From positions 9,595 to 73,594 of the forward strand of contig CAJTZU010000002.1 in the NCBI GenBank assembly GCA_910584165.1: a stretch of 64,000 nucleotides of DNA. The letters run 5' to 3'. The stretch is from an uncultured Bacilli bacterium (lineage in GTDB: Bacteria > Bacillota_I > Bacilli_A > RF39 > UBA660). The notes under the pieces were generated by a model that ran no database searches, was not told the origin of the DNA, and saw nothing but the letters and a program-made list of their open reading frames with translations. Positions within the stretch are counted from its first letter, which is position 1. Each line of letters opens with the position of its first letter. Positions 10,342-20,812 of this stretch are shown here, one piece after another. The position numbers and the translations under genes were made by a program.

Positions 10342-11372
10342 TCCATAAAATTCTTATGATATTCTTCTATTCTTCTAGATTGAATAACTTCTTTATAAAT
10401 CTCTTCATTGTCTAAATAAACTTTTGCATAACCTACTTCCCCCTCTTTTGGTGTATCTGATAGTTCGAACTTAATCATTATATTTTCTCCCTCTTTAATT
10501 GGATAGGAATAATTGTTAGAAAGAGATAAATAATAATTTCCATAATATAATTTATCATAGATAGATAATTTTCCTTTTTGCAAAATAGGAACACTTTGAT
10601 AATTGGAAAAGCCATATTCAAATAAATTTTTGTGATCTAAAAAATCATTTCCATCATTTAAAGTAACAGTTACCAAATTCAAATTATCTTTACTAGCAGT
10701 AGATACTAACGTTCTTTTAGCCTTTCTAGTAAAACCTGTTTTTCCTCCTGTCATATATTCATATTGAAATAATAATTTATGCTTATTGACCCAATAATAA
10801 GAATTTTTATTTGTTTTTACTTTATGAAACTTTGTACCTACTATTGTTTTATATTCATCTAAACTCATCGCATAACTAGTTAATATAGCCATATCATATG
10901 CGCTAGAATAATTTCCTTCTTCTTCATCTAATCCATTAGGATTATGAAAGGTTGTTTCCAACATTCCTATTTCTTTTGCTTTTTCGTTCATTTTATCTAC
11001 AAACTTATCCTTCCACAAATATTCTGCAATTGCATAAGAAGCATCATTTCCACTTCTAAGCATTAATCCATATACTAAATCTCTAAGAGTTATTTCTTCT
11101 CCTACCTGAATATAAATAGCAGAGCCGTAGCTCTTTTTAATCTCTTCCCCTACTACTACTATATCATCTAATTTACCAGATTCTACTGCCAATACAGCTG
11201 TCATAATTTTAGAAATACTTGCTACACTTCTAACTTCATGGATATTTTTTGCATATAAAATACGATTAGAATCTATATCCATTAAAATTGCACTTTGAGC
11301 GCTCGTTTCCACTGCTAATACTGTATTAGGTAATAACCATAATAAAAAAAGAAATACAGCTAATTTTTTCAT
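10320..11372 (-). CDS. dacB: D-alanyl-D-alanine carboxypeptidase (sporulation-type PBP5*)
   Basis: Signal peptide, SxxK (SISK), SGN, KTG motifs; operon with spmA/spmB. Confidence 0.8.
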   Translation of the reverse strand: MKKLAVFLFLLWLLPNTVLAVETSAQSAILMDIDSNRILYAKNIHEVRSVASISKIMTAVLAVESGKLDDIVVVGEEIKKSYGSAIYIQVGEEITLRDLVYGLMLRSGNDASYAIAEYLWKDKFVDKMNEKAKEIGMLETTFHNPNGLDEEEGNYSSAYDMAILTSYAMSLDEYKTIVGTKFHKVKTNKNSYYWVNKHKLLFQYEYMTGGKTGFTRKAKRTLVSTASKDNLNLVTVTLNDGNDFLDHKNLFEYGFSNYQSVPILQKGKLSIYDKLYYGNYYLSLSNNYSYPIKEGENIMIKFELSDTPKEGEVGYAKVYLDNEEIYKEVIQSRRIEEYHKNFMEWLKSLW

Positions 11373-11423
11373 AAAATCACCTATTTTACTATATGAAAAA
11401 AAGGACTAGTTTAGTCCTTTTAT

Positions 11424-14400
11424 CTACATTTGATAAGCTTCTACTTCCTCTTTTTTAGGTATATGCCCTACTATCATGGCACGAGCTACCTCTATTTCTT
11501 TTAAAGCTCGTTTATCAAGAGCAATAATTTCTTCATGGATATTTCCCAAACAATCAACATAAATATACCAATCTTGATTAGCAATTCCGTAAGAAATACT
11601 GTTTTCAAATGGCATGGGTTCTACATATTGATAATCTTCTCCAGACAATACTGAATTAACAGAGTGAACACGATTAATCATACTCGCTAAATATTCTATA
11701 TTACTACCCATATATGCTTTTTCACGGGCTGGTAAGTAAGTAGGGACATTAGACTTATCAAAATTAACAGGTGCAAAGGAAGTTTCTGTTGAAGCAAGTA
11801 TGATTCCACTACTCTGAATATCGGAATAAAACCTTTTTAATCCCTTTTTATTATCTGTAATTCCTAAATAAACATCTTTCATATCAGCAGTAGCATAGGC
11901 TTTTGCAACTACAACGTTTTCTATTGGACAAGTACTGCCTTTACTCTTTTCTATTAACATTTCAGCTACTCTTTTACAAGCTTCAACAACATCTAAATCA
12001 GAATATAAAGATTTATTACAGCTATTTCTTAACTCATTTAAAAAAACCGTATTGCCATTTCGAAAGCCAGATACTCTAGAAATATATTCTCCTGTTTGTG
12101 GATCCTCAAATCGAATGTGAAAACCATTTACATCTTCTAAACAAAAGTTAAACAGAGTATCTCCTACACCACCAATTCGCATACAAGCACCAGTTCTTTC
12201 TCCATGCGTAATATTAGAAGGATGAGTAAAGTTTCCAACTGTAGCTTGTAACTTTTTTGAAAAATCACTACAACTCACCTGCTCAGAAAAAGTAGGAATA
12301 GTTACTTTCATACGTCTAAAATTCTGAATAGTCCAATTTAAGGCTTCTTCTAATCTTTCATTTCCAGTAGTTTTCTTTATAGCTTGGTTAGGACCAGGAT
12401 TAGCTTTAACTAGTTTTGCATCTTCTATTCCTAAAAACTGGCTATAGACATTAGATACACTAGAAAGTACATCTGCATTTAGCAAAATATTAACGGCATT
12501 TAACTGGATATTTGTAGTATCTTTTCCTTGACTCTCTAGTCGCTTTTTTTCTGTTTCATAAACTTGATGATAATAAGAAATGAATCCTGATAAATTACCT
12601 AAATCACTAGAAATTTGAATACTCTCTGATTCCAATAAATTTTGAAAACAGGAAGGCATTCTGTGCAACTTATATTTCTCCATCGTATTTTTTAAAGATT
12701 GATAAATTTGTGTACAATCATCTTCTAGTATTTTTTTCTCAATTACATCGATTCTTAAAGTGGATAATATTTGGTAAATATCCAAAGTACATTCTGGCAC
12801 ATGATAAATTCTTTTAATCATCCCTGCCTCATCTAACTTTTGTGTATAAAAATGAATATAATCATCTGATACTTCACCCATTATCTTTTTTATTGCAGGG
12901 ATAGCAAAACGAATATTTTTCTTCACTACTTCTATATCATTTCTATAAATGTGATCCTGTTTAGCATAATAGGCCAATACATCGATAGCAAGAGAATTTT
13001 CCATACCTTTTTTTTCTAATTCTTGAATCACTAATTCTAACATAGAATACATTCTCTTAGTGCCATTTTCTTTTCTTAATATTCTAACATCCTTATGTAT
13101 AATATAAGGCATTAATTTTTTTTCTAAATCTTTAGAATCTAAAGTATACGGTAAATTTAAATCTTTTTCCATTTCATAATGATTATGATACTCTTCTCTT
13201 TTTTGAGAAATATAATAATTTGTTATAATATGAAGAAAATTTATTGCCTCTTCTTTTTCCTCTGGAATCGTGCTTTGTATTTTTAAAACCAAAGTTCTCA
13301 TAAAAGAGATAGGGGAAGATTTGCATTCCCCTAAAGCATTTGGGGCTTCTTTTGCCATATAGGCAAAAAATTTATCATCCATCATAGCAACTAATTCTTC
13401 TATATCCTTTAAATACGCCTTGTCATTATCCTCAATAGAATGTCTAATATGCGTGAAAATATTAATGATATCTGGGTTTTCTCTACTAAAAGCATACTGC
13501 TTTAAAGAATCATACATTGCTTCTATATTAATCACGTTATAATCTGTTTTTGGAAACAAAGCAATTAATTTATCTAATTTATCTGGAGATAATTGTGTCA
13601 TCCTTATAATATTAGAATTATCAAAATAACGAATAACACTAGGTCCAAAAGTAAATTCTATTTTATCAAGATTTGTAATATTTAAATGATATTTTTGTGC
13701 ATAATATTCTTTGATATCCTGATATAATTCTGATGTATAACATCTACTCAACTCTTCATGGTGATTAATATAATCAATTACTTTTTCTAACATAATAAAG
13801 TTTGATTGCTTATAAAATTGAAATAAAATAGGGTTATCAAAAACAAAGGCAGTTGCATAATTAAAAAATCTTTCTTGTAGTTCTAAGTTCTCGCTTAATA
13901 ATTCTACTAATTTCTGAGATTCTTCTGAAGAAAGAGGAAATGATTTTTTCCTACAATCTAATCTATCTATTTTTCTTAAATTTTTAATAATAGTCTCAAT
14001 ATTACCACATAAAATAAGTTTTTTAAAAGTAGCTACATCTAGCTCTACTAAATCTACAACAGTATTATATTGATACATTTCTTCTTCATATATCTGATTC
14101 AAATGAGGATATTGTAGTGCATAGGGAAGAATCTCTATTGGGAAAACATTATTTCTAATTCCTTCCCGCCAAAATTCTGGATACCTCTCACAGATTGATA
14201 CAACTCTATCAGAATTTAAAGAATTCTTTTTCATCGTTTTCATGGCATCCATAATTTCAAAAATATATTGTTCTACAATAGGGCTTCGAAATAAATTTCT
14301 AAAATCACCATTTCTTAAAAAAGTTTCTACTATCTCAGGACAAGAATATAAAAAATAATGACCTTCTAGCATTTTTTCGATACCTTCAAAGGCATAAGCA

Positions 14401-15296
14401 TTTTCCTGATATCTATTTTCAAGAGATTGGGCAAGAAGAGAAATATTTTCTCTAATAGATTCCTCAGAAACTGTTTTTAAATACCACTCTGGATATACTA
14501 AAATCATTTTCTTTTCAAATTCTAATTTTTCTTCAGGAGATAATAACTCATAAAATTGTTCAACAGCATCTTTCCGGCTATAAAAGTCCCTTCCTAATGA
14601 AAAAGGATTAATCGATTTTGACATATCAGTAGTAGAGTCAAACATTTTTCTCCTTAAAATTGGAAATATATGCTCAATATCTCTTAAAAATATTTCTAAT
14701 AATACATAGACATTTAAATCTTCATAATTTTCTTGTACTTCTTCCAATATTTCTTTAGGAATATCTAAACCTAAGTTCTTAAAAGAATAAGGATAATTTT
14801 GTAATACCTTTTTTAAAGTATCATTATCTAAACGAGGGCTATGAACATATCCTCTTTTTAAATTAGAAAAAAGAGAATATCTTTCTGTTTCTATTAAAGC
14901 AGTTGCAACAAGATTGCCAAAATTAGTAGAAAATGTATAATTTGGCTCTTTTAATTTTTCAAGTAAATATTGATAAATGATATCTTTATCTACATATTCC
15001 GTCAGTTCTTCTACTTCATCTAATTTTCCACTATCTATCTTTGATAAGCAGCAATAATTAAAGATATCCTCATTTAAAAATTCTACGTCTTCCTCTTTTG
15101 TATTATTATAAAAAAAATCACTAATGGATGGTGTCCAGATTTCTCTTCCAGAAGATAATATCTGAAAAACTTCTTTTCTAAGCTCAAAATCTGTAGTAAA
15201 TAAAAATTCATCTTCTCTAGTAAATTTTTCAGTTCCCCTACGCACTTTATCAAGTAATTGTCTTTTTTTATCATCCAAATTCATTAAAAATTTCAT
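11424..15296 (-). CDS. large hypothetical protein (1290 aa), cytoplasmic, mostly helical, Cys/His-containing C-terminal domain
   Basis: Single uninterrupted ORF; no signal peptide/TM; no recognisable catalytic motif except conserved-looking HGERTGACMRIGG segment. Confidence 0.6.
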   Translation of the reverse strand: MKFLMNLDDKKRQLLDKVRRGTEKFTREDEFLFTTDFELRKEVFQILSSGREIWTPSISDFFYNNTKEEDVEFLNEDIFNYCCLSKIDSGKLDEVEELTEYVDKDIIYQYLLEKLKEPNYTFSTNFGNLVATALIETERYSLFSNLKRGYVHSPRLDNDTLKKVLQNYPYSFKNLGLDIPKEILEEVQENYEDLNVYVLLEIFLRDIEHIFPILRRKMFDSTTDMSKSINPFSLGRDFYSRKDAVEQFYELLSPEEKLEFEKKMILVYPEWYLKTVSEESIRENISLLAQSLENRYQENAYAFEGIEKMLEGHYFLYSCPEIVETFLRNGDFRNLFRSPIVEQYIFEIMDAMKTMKKNSLNSDRVVSICERYPEFWREGIRNNVFPIEILPYALQYPHLNQIYEEEMYQYNTVVDLVELDVATFKKLILCGNIETIIKNLRKIDRLDCRKKSFPLSSEESQKLVELLSENLELQERFFNYATAFVFDNPILFQFYKQSNFIMLEKVIDYINHHEELSRCYTSELYQDIKEYYAQKYHLNITNLDKIEFTFGPSVIRYFDNSNIIRMTQLSPDKLDKLIALFPKTDYNVINIEAMYDSLKQYAFSRENPDIINIFTHIRHSIEDNDKAYLKDIEELVAMMDDKFFAYMAKEAPNALGECKSSPISFMRTLVLKIQSTIPEEKEEAINFLHIITNYYISQKREEYHNHYEMEKDLNLPYTLDSKDLEKKLMPYIIHKDVRILRKENGTKRMYSMLELVIQELEKKGMENSLAIDVLAYYAKQDHIYRNDIEVVKKNIRFAIPAIKKIMGEVSDDYIHFYTQKLDEAGMIKRIYHVPECTLDIYQILSTLRIDVIEKKILEDDCTQIYQSLKNTMEKYKLHRMPSCFQNLLESESIQISSDLGNLSGFISYYHQVYETEKKRLESQGKDTTNIQLNAVNILLNADVLSSVSNVYSQFLGIEDAKLVKANPGPNQAIKKTTGNERLEEALNWTIQNFRRMKVTIPTFSEQVSCSDFSKKLQATVGNFTHPSNITHGERTGACMRIGGVGDTLFNFCLEDVNGFHIRFEDPQTGEYISRVSGFRNGNTVFLNELRNSCNKSLYSDLDVVEACKRVAEMLIEKSKGSTCPIENVVVAKAYATADMKDVYLGITDNKKGLKRFYSDIQSSGIILASTETSFAPVNFDKSNVPTYLPAREKAYMGSNIEYLASMINRVHSVNSVLSGEDYQYVEPMPFENSISYGIANQDWYIYVDCLGNIHEEIIALDKRALKEIEVARAMIVGHIPKKEEVEAYQM

Positions 15297-15310
15297 AATT
15301 AAACCCTACT

Positions 15311-15547
15311 CTATCTATTCTCTATCATCTTTTGTTTTGGCTTTTCCATAACTTCTTCTAATGCTTTAATAAAATAAGCTCTATTTTGATTACAGATAGT
15401 TTCCCCACGAAACGCCACTAAATCTCCAACCATTAATTCTTTTTGTGTACTAATATCTTCTTTTAAAAATAGATATTCTTCTTTTTCAGATACAATTCTT
15501 CCACAGTAGTCATCAAACATAACAATCTTTCCAATATCATAGTTCAT
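15311..15547 (-). CDS. hypothetical small protein
   Basis: ORF only. Confidence 0.35.
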   Translation of the reverse strand: MNYDIGKIVMFDDYCGRIVSEKEEYLFLKEDISTQKELMVGDLVAFRGETICNQNRAYFIKALEEVMEKPKQKMIENR

Positions 15548-15607
15548 ATCATTCGCCCCATATCCTATTTTTATTATATCATTTTTTATATATAAAAAAA
15601 ATACACA

Positions 15608-16138
15608 TTAGTATATGTATATACCGTGTATTTTTTGTAAAGTAGATTCATTTAAATCATCTATTTGCCATTCTTTATCTTTTTTTGTCAAATAGAAAGT
15701 TACTGTATATTTTACTTTGTCTTCTACTTTTTCCATCTCATTTAACTGATAATTATAATAAGCTTCATCTGTATAGTTACCTTCTTCATCTTTAATATCA
15801 TCTGGTACCTCTTTTGAAGAAAGAACTTTACTATAATCTTTTACTTCTACTTCTACTTCTACAGTTGCTTTATCTCCATTAATTTTTTCTTCTTTTATTT
15901 CATATTTCATATCTTTATAATGTTTTTTCATTAATTCTTTATAACGAGATTTTTGTTCTACTGTATATTCTACATCATGAAGTAGAGTATCTAAATCATT
16001 TAATACAGATGAATCTAGTTTTTGATAGCCATCCATGTAAGCTTCTACTCTTTTAGTTGGTGTATTAGTCATATCTTTACCAATAGAGCATCCTACTAAA
16101 GAAAGCATACATAGACAAGCTATAAACAACTTTTTCAT
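15608..16138 (-). CDS. lipoprotein, hypothetical
   Basis: Signal peptide with lipobox LVGCS. Confidence 0.5.
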   Translation of the reverse strand: MKKLFIACLCMLSLVGCSIGKDMTNTPTKRVEAYMDGYQKLDSSVLNDLDTLLHDVEYTVEQKSRYKELMKKHYKDMKYEIKEEKINGDKATVEVEVEVKDYSKVLSSKEVPDDIKDEEGNYTDEAYYNYQLNEMEKVEDKVKYTVTFYLTKKDKEWQIDDLNESTLQKIHGIYIY

Positions 16139-16178
16139 TTTTTCCCCTCCCCTAATAGTTTGGGCAAGAGTTTTAAAA

Positions 16179-18710
16179 TTATACTCCCTGATTTTTATTT
16201 TTTAATCGCAAATAATATTTTCTAAGCCAATCAATTGGTATTACTAAAAGGGCAAAGAATATCATTAATTGTAATTCCTGAAAACTTAAAATAGTGGTTC
16301 GAAATACACTTCCACCAAAATAAATTAAAAGCAATTGTACAATAACAATAAAACTGATAATGACAATAAAAACTTTATTCTGTTTGATATTTGCAAATAA
16401 GTTTAAGCGATTAGTTCTAGCATTAAAACTATTAAAAATATCAATAAAAATAAATAGACCAAAGAAAGCTGAAAGTAAAGCTTCTTCACTTTGATAAAAA
16501 GATTTAATCCAAGAAGATTTTAAGAAAAAGAAACAAAGGAAAGAAGAAAGCAGTCCTGTCCATAAGATTTGACTATACATATAATAGTTCATAATTGGTT
16601 CATTTTTTCTTTTTGGTTTTTCCTTCATATACTCTAATAAAGGAGGTTCAAAGGCAAATGCTAACCCTGCTAAAGTATCCATAACCATATTAATCCAAAG
16701 CATTTGAATAACAGTTACTGGAGTATCTATGCCTACAAATGGACCAATAATACTTAAACTTAAAGCACATAAATTAATAGTCAATTGTAAAATAATAAAC
16801 TTTCGGATACTTTTAAAAATAGTTCGTCCATACAAAATAGCTTTACTAATAGATAAAAAATTATTATCTAAAATAACAATATCACTTGCTTCTTTAGCAA
16901 CTTCTGTTCCACTCCCCATACTAAACCCTACATCAGCTCTTTTTAAAGCAGGAGCATCATTTACACCATCTCCTGTCATTCCTACTACTAAATTTAATTC
17001 TTGACAGATTCTAATTAATCTACTTTTATCATGTGGTAACATTCTAGCAACTACCCTTAATTTAGGAATTACTTTTTTTAATTCAATATCACTCAGACAA
17101 TTTAATTCTTCACTTGTTAAAATGACAGAATCTGGCTCTAATAAGTGGAGTTCTTTAGCAATTGCACAAGCAGTTTCTTTATTATCGCCTGTTAGCATAA
17201 CAGTATTAATATGTGCAGATTTTACTAGTTCAATACCTTCTATAACATTTGGACGAATATCATCTTTAATTAAAAGAAGTCCTACTAAATTTAAATTATG
17301 AAATGGCAAGGCTTCCTTTTGTGTACTGGTTGCTAATAATAATATGCGAATTCCTTCTTTTGCTTTTTTGCCAATATATTCTGTTATTTTCTCTTTCTTT
17401 AAATATTCTTTTTTTCCAAATTCATTATAATAATATTTACAAAATGGAAGAATCTTTTCTGGTGCTCCTTTTATTAAATGGATTCTTTCCTCATCATATA
17501 TAGTGGTAATCGCATATTTATTTTGACTAGTAAAAGGAATTACTTTTTCTTTTGCATAAGAAATATTATTTTTTTTAACAAATTTTAAAATAGCCTTATC
17601 TGTTATATTTCCACCAATAACATTTTCCCCGTCAAACGAACTAGCATTATTTACTGTACACGATATTTTTACAATTTTGGATAGCTTTGTTTGAATTAAT
17701 TCCTGGTAAGAATATTCTTTTAAGTTTCCGTCTACATATTGAATTACTTCTAATTCTCCTTTTGTTAAAGTACCTGTTTTATCTGTAAACAGAATATTTA
17801 AGCTACCTGCTGTTTCTATTCCTACTAATTTTCTAACTAATACATTATCTTTTAGCATTTTCTTCATATTAGAAGAAAGTACTAAAGTTACCATCATAGG
17901 TAGACCTTCTGGGACACACACAATAATAATTGTAACTGCTAAAGTAAGAGCATAAAGAACATTAGAAAATGAAATTCCATTTAAAAATAAATAGGAAATA
18001 AAAATTAGAAAAGCACTAATATATCCAATTTTACTAATTAAATCCGCTAATCCTGCTAATCGCTGCTTCAAAGGACTAACTGGTTGTTCTATTTTTAATT
18101 CTTCTGCCATCTTTCCATAAAATGTATGAATTCCCACTTTTTCTACTTGCATTAAAGCTTCTCCAGAAGTAACTACACTCCCTCGTAATATAGTTGAAGA
18201 AACATTCTTTTTTACTTCTTTGCTTTCCCCATTTAAACTAGACTCATCAACAGAAATAGAACCTTCGATAACCTTACCATCGGCAGGAATTTTATCTCCA
18301 CTTTCTAAAAAGACAATATCCTCAACTACTACTTCTCCAACAGATATTTCTATCTTCTTTTTTTCTCTTTTTACACGACATTTAATCTTAGAAGCTTCTT
18401 CCATTAATTTAGCAAATGCTTTATCACTTCCATACTCAGAAATACTAGAAATAAAGGAAGCCATAAAAATCGCTAAAAGAATGCCCAATGTTTCATACCA
18501 ATCAAAATTTTTCATTAAAAAAATAGTTTTAATTGCTAAAGCTATCAATAAAATTCGAATAATAGGATCTCCTAAAGATTGTAAAACTAAATGAAGAAAA
18601 CTATTTTTTTTGTAATTTCCTATATCATTCGTTCCATATTTTTCTCTATTTTTTATTACTTCTTCTTCAGTTAAACCGTTTTCCTTCTTCATAGTATATC
18701 CTCCTAACAA
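16179..18710 (-). CDS. cation-transporting P-type ATPase, Ca2+-ATPase (PMCA/YloB-like)
   Basis: DKTGTLT phosphorylation motif, TGDGVNDAPALK hinge, 10 TM topology, 843 aa. Confidence 0.85.
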   Translation of the reverse strand: MLGGYTMKKENGLTEEEVIKNREKYGTNDIGNYKKNSFLHLVLQSLGDPIIRILLIALAIKTIFLMKNFDWYETLGILLAIFMASFISSISEYGSDKAFAKLMEEASKIKCRVKREKKKIEISVGEVVVEDIVFLESGDKIPADGKVIEGSISVDESSLNGESKEVKKNVSSTILRGSVVTSGEALMQVEKVGIHTFYGKMAEELKIEQPVSPLKQRLAGLADLISKIGYISAFLIFISYLFLNGISFSNVLYALTLAVTIIIVCVPEGLPMMVTLVLSSNMKKMLKDNVLVRKLVGIETAGSLNILFTDKTGTLTKGELEVIQYVDGNLKEYSYQELIQTKLSKIVKISCTVNNASSFDGENVIGGNITDKAILKFVKKNNISYAKEKVIPFTSQNKYAITTIYDEERIHLIKGAPEKILPFCKYYYNEFGKKEYLKKEKITEYIGKKAKEGIRILLLATSTQKEALPFHNLNLVGLLLIKDDIRPNVIEGIELVKSAHINTVMLTGDNKETACAIAKELHLLEPDSVILTSEELNCLSDIELKKVIPKLRVVARMLPHDKSRLIRICQELNLVVGMTGDGVNDAPALKRADVGFSMGSGTEVAKEASDIVILDNNFLSISKAILYGRTIFKSIRKFIILQLTINLCALSLSIIGPFVGIDTPVTVIQMLWINMVMDTLAGLAFAFEPPLLEYMKEKPKRKNEPIMNYYMYSQILWTGLLSSFLCFFFLKSSWIKSFYQSEEALLSAFFGLFIFIDIFNSFNARTNRLNLFANIKQNKVFIVIISFIVIVQLLLIYFGGSVFRTTILSFQELQLMIFFALLVIPIDWLRKYYLRLKNKNQGV

Positions 18711-18765
18711 AAATATATTCAGATATACAAAAAAGATTTTGTTTTTTATACTACAAAATTGGACA

Positions 18766-18793
18766 ACCTAAAAAAGATAACTAACAGTTATCT
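18766..18793 (-). terminator. rho-independent terminator (symmetric, flanked by A-run and T-run)
   Basis: agataac-taaca-gttatct hairpin immediately after stop of 18795..19163 ORF. Confidence 0.55.
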
Positions 18794-18794
18794 T

Positions 18795-19163
18795 TTAATT
18801 AAACATTCCTTTTCTTTTTTTATAGTAAACTCTAATGGCTAATAGAATAAGAATTAAAACCACTATAATTCCTGTAAACTTAGCAAGTTCTATATAATTA
18901 ATAGAACCATGCATTCTAGCCATAAATCGAAATGGATTAATTTTTTCAAACAAAGTAATTCCGAACAAAGCCAAGAAAAACATTCCATAAATTAAAGAAA
19001 TAAATACAATTGCTAAAGTATTTGTTACCATAAATAAAATATAACCAACTTTTTGCTGCTGTCCTAATGTAACAAAAGTAACTAAAGTAAATAGTAACCC
19101 AAAAACTCCTGCAATAGTAAAGCCCTCAGTAACCATCTCATATAATGATAAAATTATACTCAA
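18795..19163 (-). CDS. small membrane protein (3-4 TM), hypothetical
   Basis: ORF-track start is TTG; a more likely ATG (MVTEGF...) lies 9 codons in. Confidence 0.45.
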   Translation of the reverse strand: MSIILSLYEMVTEGFTIAGVFGLLFTLVTFVTLGQQQKVGYILFMVTNTLAIVFISLIYGMFFLALFGITLFEKINPFRFMARMHGSINYIELAKFTGIIVVLILILLAIRVYYKKRKGMFN

Positions 19164-19333
19164 AAAATTAGTACCAAATAAAAATAATGAAAATTCATAG
19201 GAAGAGCTGGCTGAAAATTTCCTACATCCAAATCTTCAGACACTTTTGCTGGCCCTAACTGATTTTTTCCTCCACATCTAATACAATAATCTTTATCCTT
19301 TGGCATTTTTGCGCCACAATTTTTACAATACAT
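19160..19333 (-). CDS. zinc-ribbon domain small protein (57 aa), not in ORF track
   Basis: MYCKNCGAKMPKDKDYCIRCGG...: two CxxC pairs; hydrophobic tail; stop overlaps start of downstream membrane-protein ORF in a different frame. Confidence 0.4.
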   Translation of the reverse strand: MYCKNCGAKMPKDKDYCIRCGGKNQLGPAKVSEDLDVGNFQPALPMNFHYFYLVLIF

Positions 19334-19384
19334 ATTTTCTCCCCTCTCTAATAAAAAAGATATATCTTGTTATAATATATCTTT

Positions 19385-19732
19385 TTAACTTTTATTAATT
19401 AAATCAGCTTCTTTTAATACATTATAAATACATGAATAACTTCTTTTACCATAAAATTTACAAAATTTGCGAATACTTACATTTGACCTTCTATATAAAT
19501 CAATAATATATTTTTTTTCTTGTTCTGAGATTGTATTAATTGGTTTTCTATTTTTATTTCCATGCTCTAAACGAATCTCATTATTTAAAATTTCTTTTTT
19601 CAATTTTAATATATATTTAGGATGATAACCTGTAATAGTGGCAATTTCTTGATAAGACAAAAAACTGTTTCCAGCCAATTTTTTATTTATTAATTCTACT
19701 GCTTCTGCCTTTCTATTCATCATCATCACCAA
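19385..19732 (-). pseudogene. IS481/IS3-like transposase N-terminal HTH fragment (truncated; no DDE domain present)
   Basis: LEHGNKNRKPINTISEQEKKYIIDLYRR...RKFCKFYG resembles HGNxGRxP region of IS481-family OrfA/N-terminus; only 115 aa and no integrase core downstream. Confidence 0.4.
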
Positions 19733-19736
19733 CTAT

Positions 19737-20138
19737 CTATACTTTATCAAAATATGTTATCTTTCTCTCCATAACATCTGCTTCAATCGCATCACGTAAT
19801 AGCTTTCTTACTTGCGCTGGATTTTCAATATTTTTTAAAATAACTTTTGAGCCAATCCTTTCGGCAGCGCCATGTGTATCTATTACTACTGAAACATTAC
19901 CAATCTTTAGCATTCTTTGATATAAACTTTCCGTTGTATCTGGATCTTTTAATACATATAACTCAACAGAATTTGTTTTTTTATGAAAAAAACCTGTTGT
20001 AACAATCAATTCATCCTTTGTTATCTGATAAGTTGTAAAATTCATGTGTATAGAGGTTAAAAACCTTTGCCATAATCCAGATGGTTTTCCTTCCCATAAA
20101 ATTTCAAAGTCTACATTTTTTAAATTTTCATCTGTCAT
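19737..20138 (-). CDS. bacterial PH-domain (YdbS/YdbT-like) protein
   Basis: 133 aa, pattern matches bPH_2 family. Confidence 0.4.
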   Translation of the reverse strand: MTDENLKNVDFEILWEGKPSGLWQRFLTSIHMNFTTYQITKDELIVTTGFFHKKTNSVELYVLKDPDTTESLYQRMLKIGNVSVVIDTHGAAERIGSKVILKNIENPAQVRKLLRDAIEADVMERKITYFDKV

Positions 20139-20197
20139 GCTTAACCTCCATTATTACCTACATTATAGCATAAATTTCAAAGGAATAAATACTTTTT

Positions 20198-20800
20198 TTA
20201 AAAATCAAAATCAATTGGTTTAATTTTTTCTAAATCTTCTTTATTATCAACAATTTTATATTCATTATTAATAGCTTCTGCTACTTTAAACCATCCTTCT
20301 ACTAATAACTCTAATTCTTTACGAAGAGAAGCTTCAATAATTACTTCCTTAATATCCTCTAGTTCTAATATTAATTTATATATCAATATATATTTTGGTA
20401 CCTTTTGATGAAATCTCGCAAATAAAATTTCATCAGCTTTTTGTTTTGTTTGACTCATAATTCTTTCATAATTAGCTCTTACATTCGCATTAACATATAA
20501 AGAATTAAAAAATCTTTGATAGCAATTTCCAATAATTGGTTCCACTATTTCTTTTGAATTTCCTTTTTTTAATACCCAATGCATAATTTCAAAATTAACA
20601 GCCATTACTACTAACTGATTTTCAGTCGCATCATAAATAGCTCCTGCTCTATCTAAAATTGGTTCTATTTCTGAATTTCTAACTTTTACTGTACCATAAA
20701 TTAAACCTTCCATCTTTATAGAATTTAATTCTTGCTTCATTTTAAACCAACTCATATTATTCACCATATCTATTATAACAAAAAAAAGGAATGACTTCAA
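20198..20800 (-). CDS. hypothetical protein
   Basis: ORF only. Confidence 0.4.
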   Translation of the reverse strand: MKSFLFFVIIDMVNNMSWFKMKQELNSIKMEGLIYGTVKVRNSEIEPILDRAGAIYDATENQLVVMAVNFEIMHWVLKKGNSKEIVEPIIGNCYQRFFNSLYVNANVRANYERIMSQTKQKADEILFARFHQKVPKYILIYKLILELEDIKEVIIEASLRKELELLVEGWFKVAEAINNEYKIVDNKEDLEKIKPIDFDF

Positions 20801-20812
20801 TTATCATTCCTT

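Noticed and set aside
19737-20138. Possible toxin-antitoxin or phage remnant next to the transposase fragment
   Set aside because: The 133-aa protein fits a bacterial PH-domain family better than known toxin families; there are no flanking integrase or phage structural genes.
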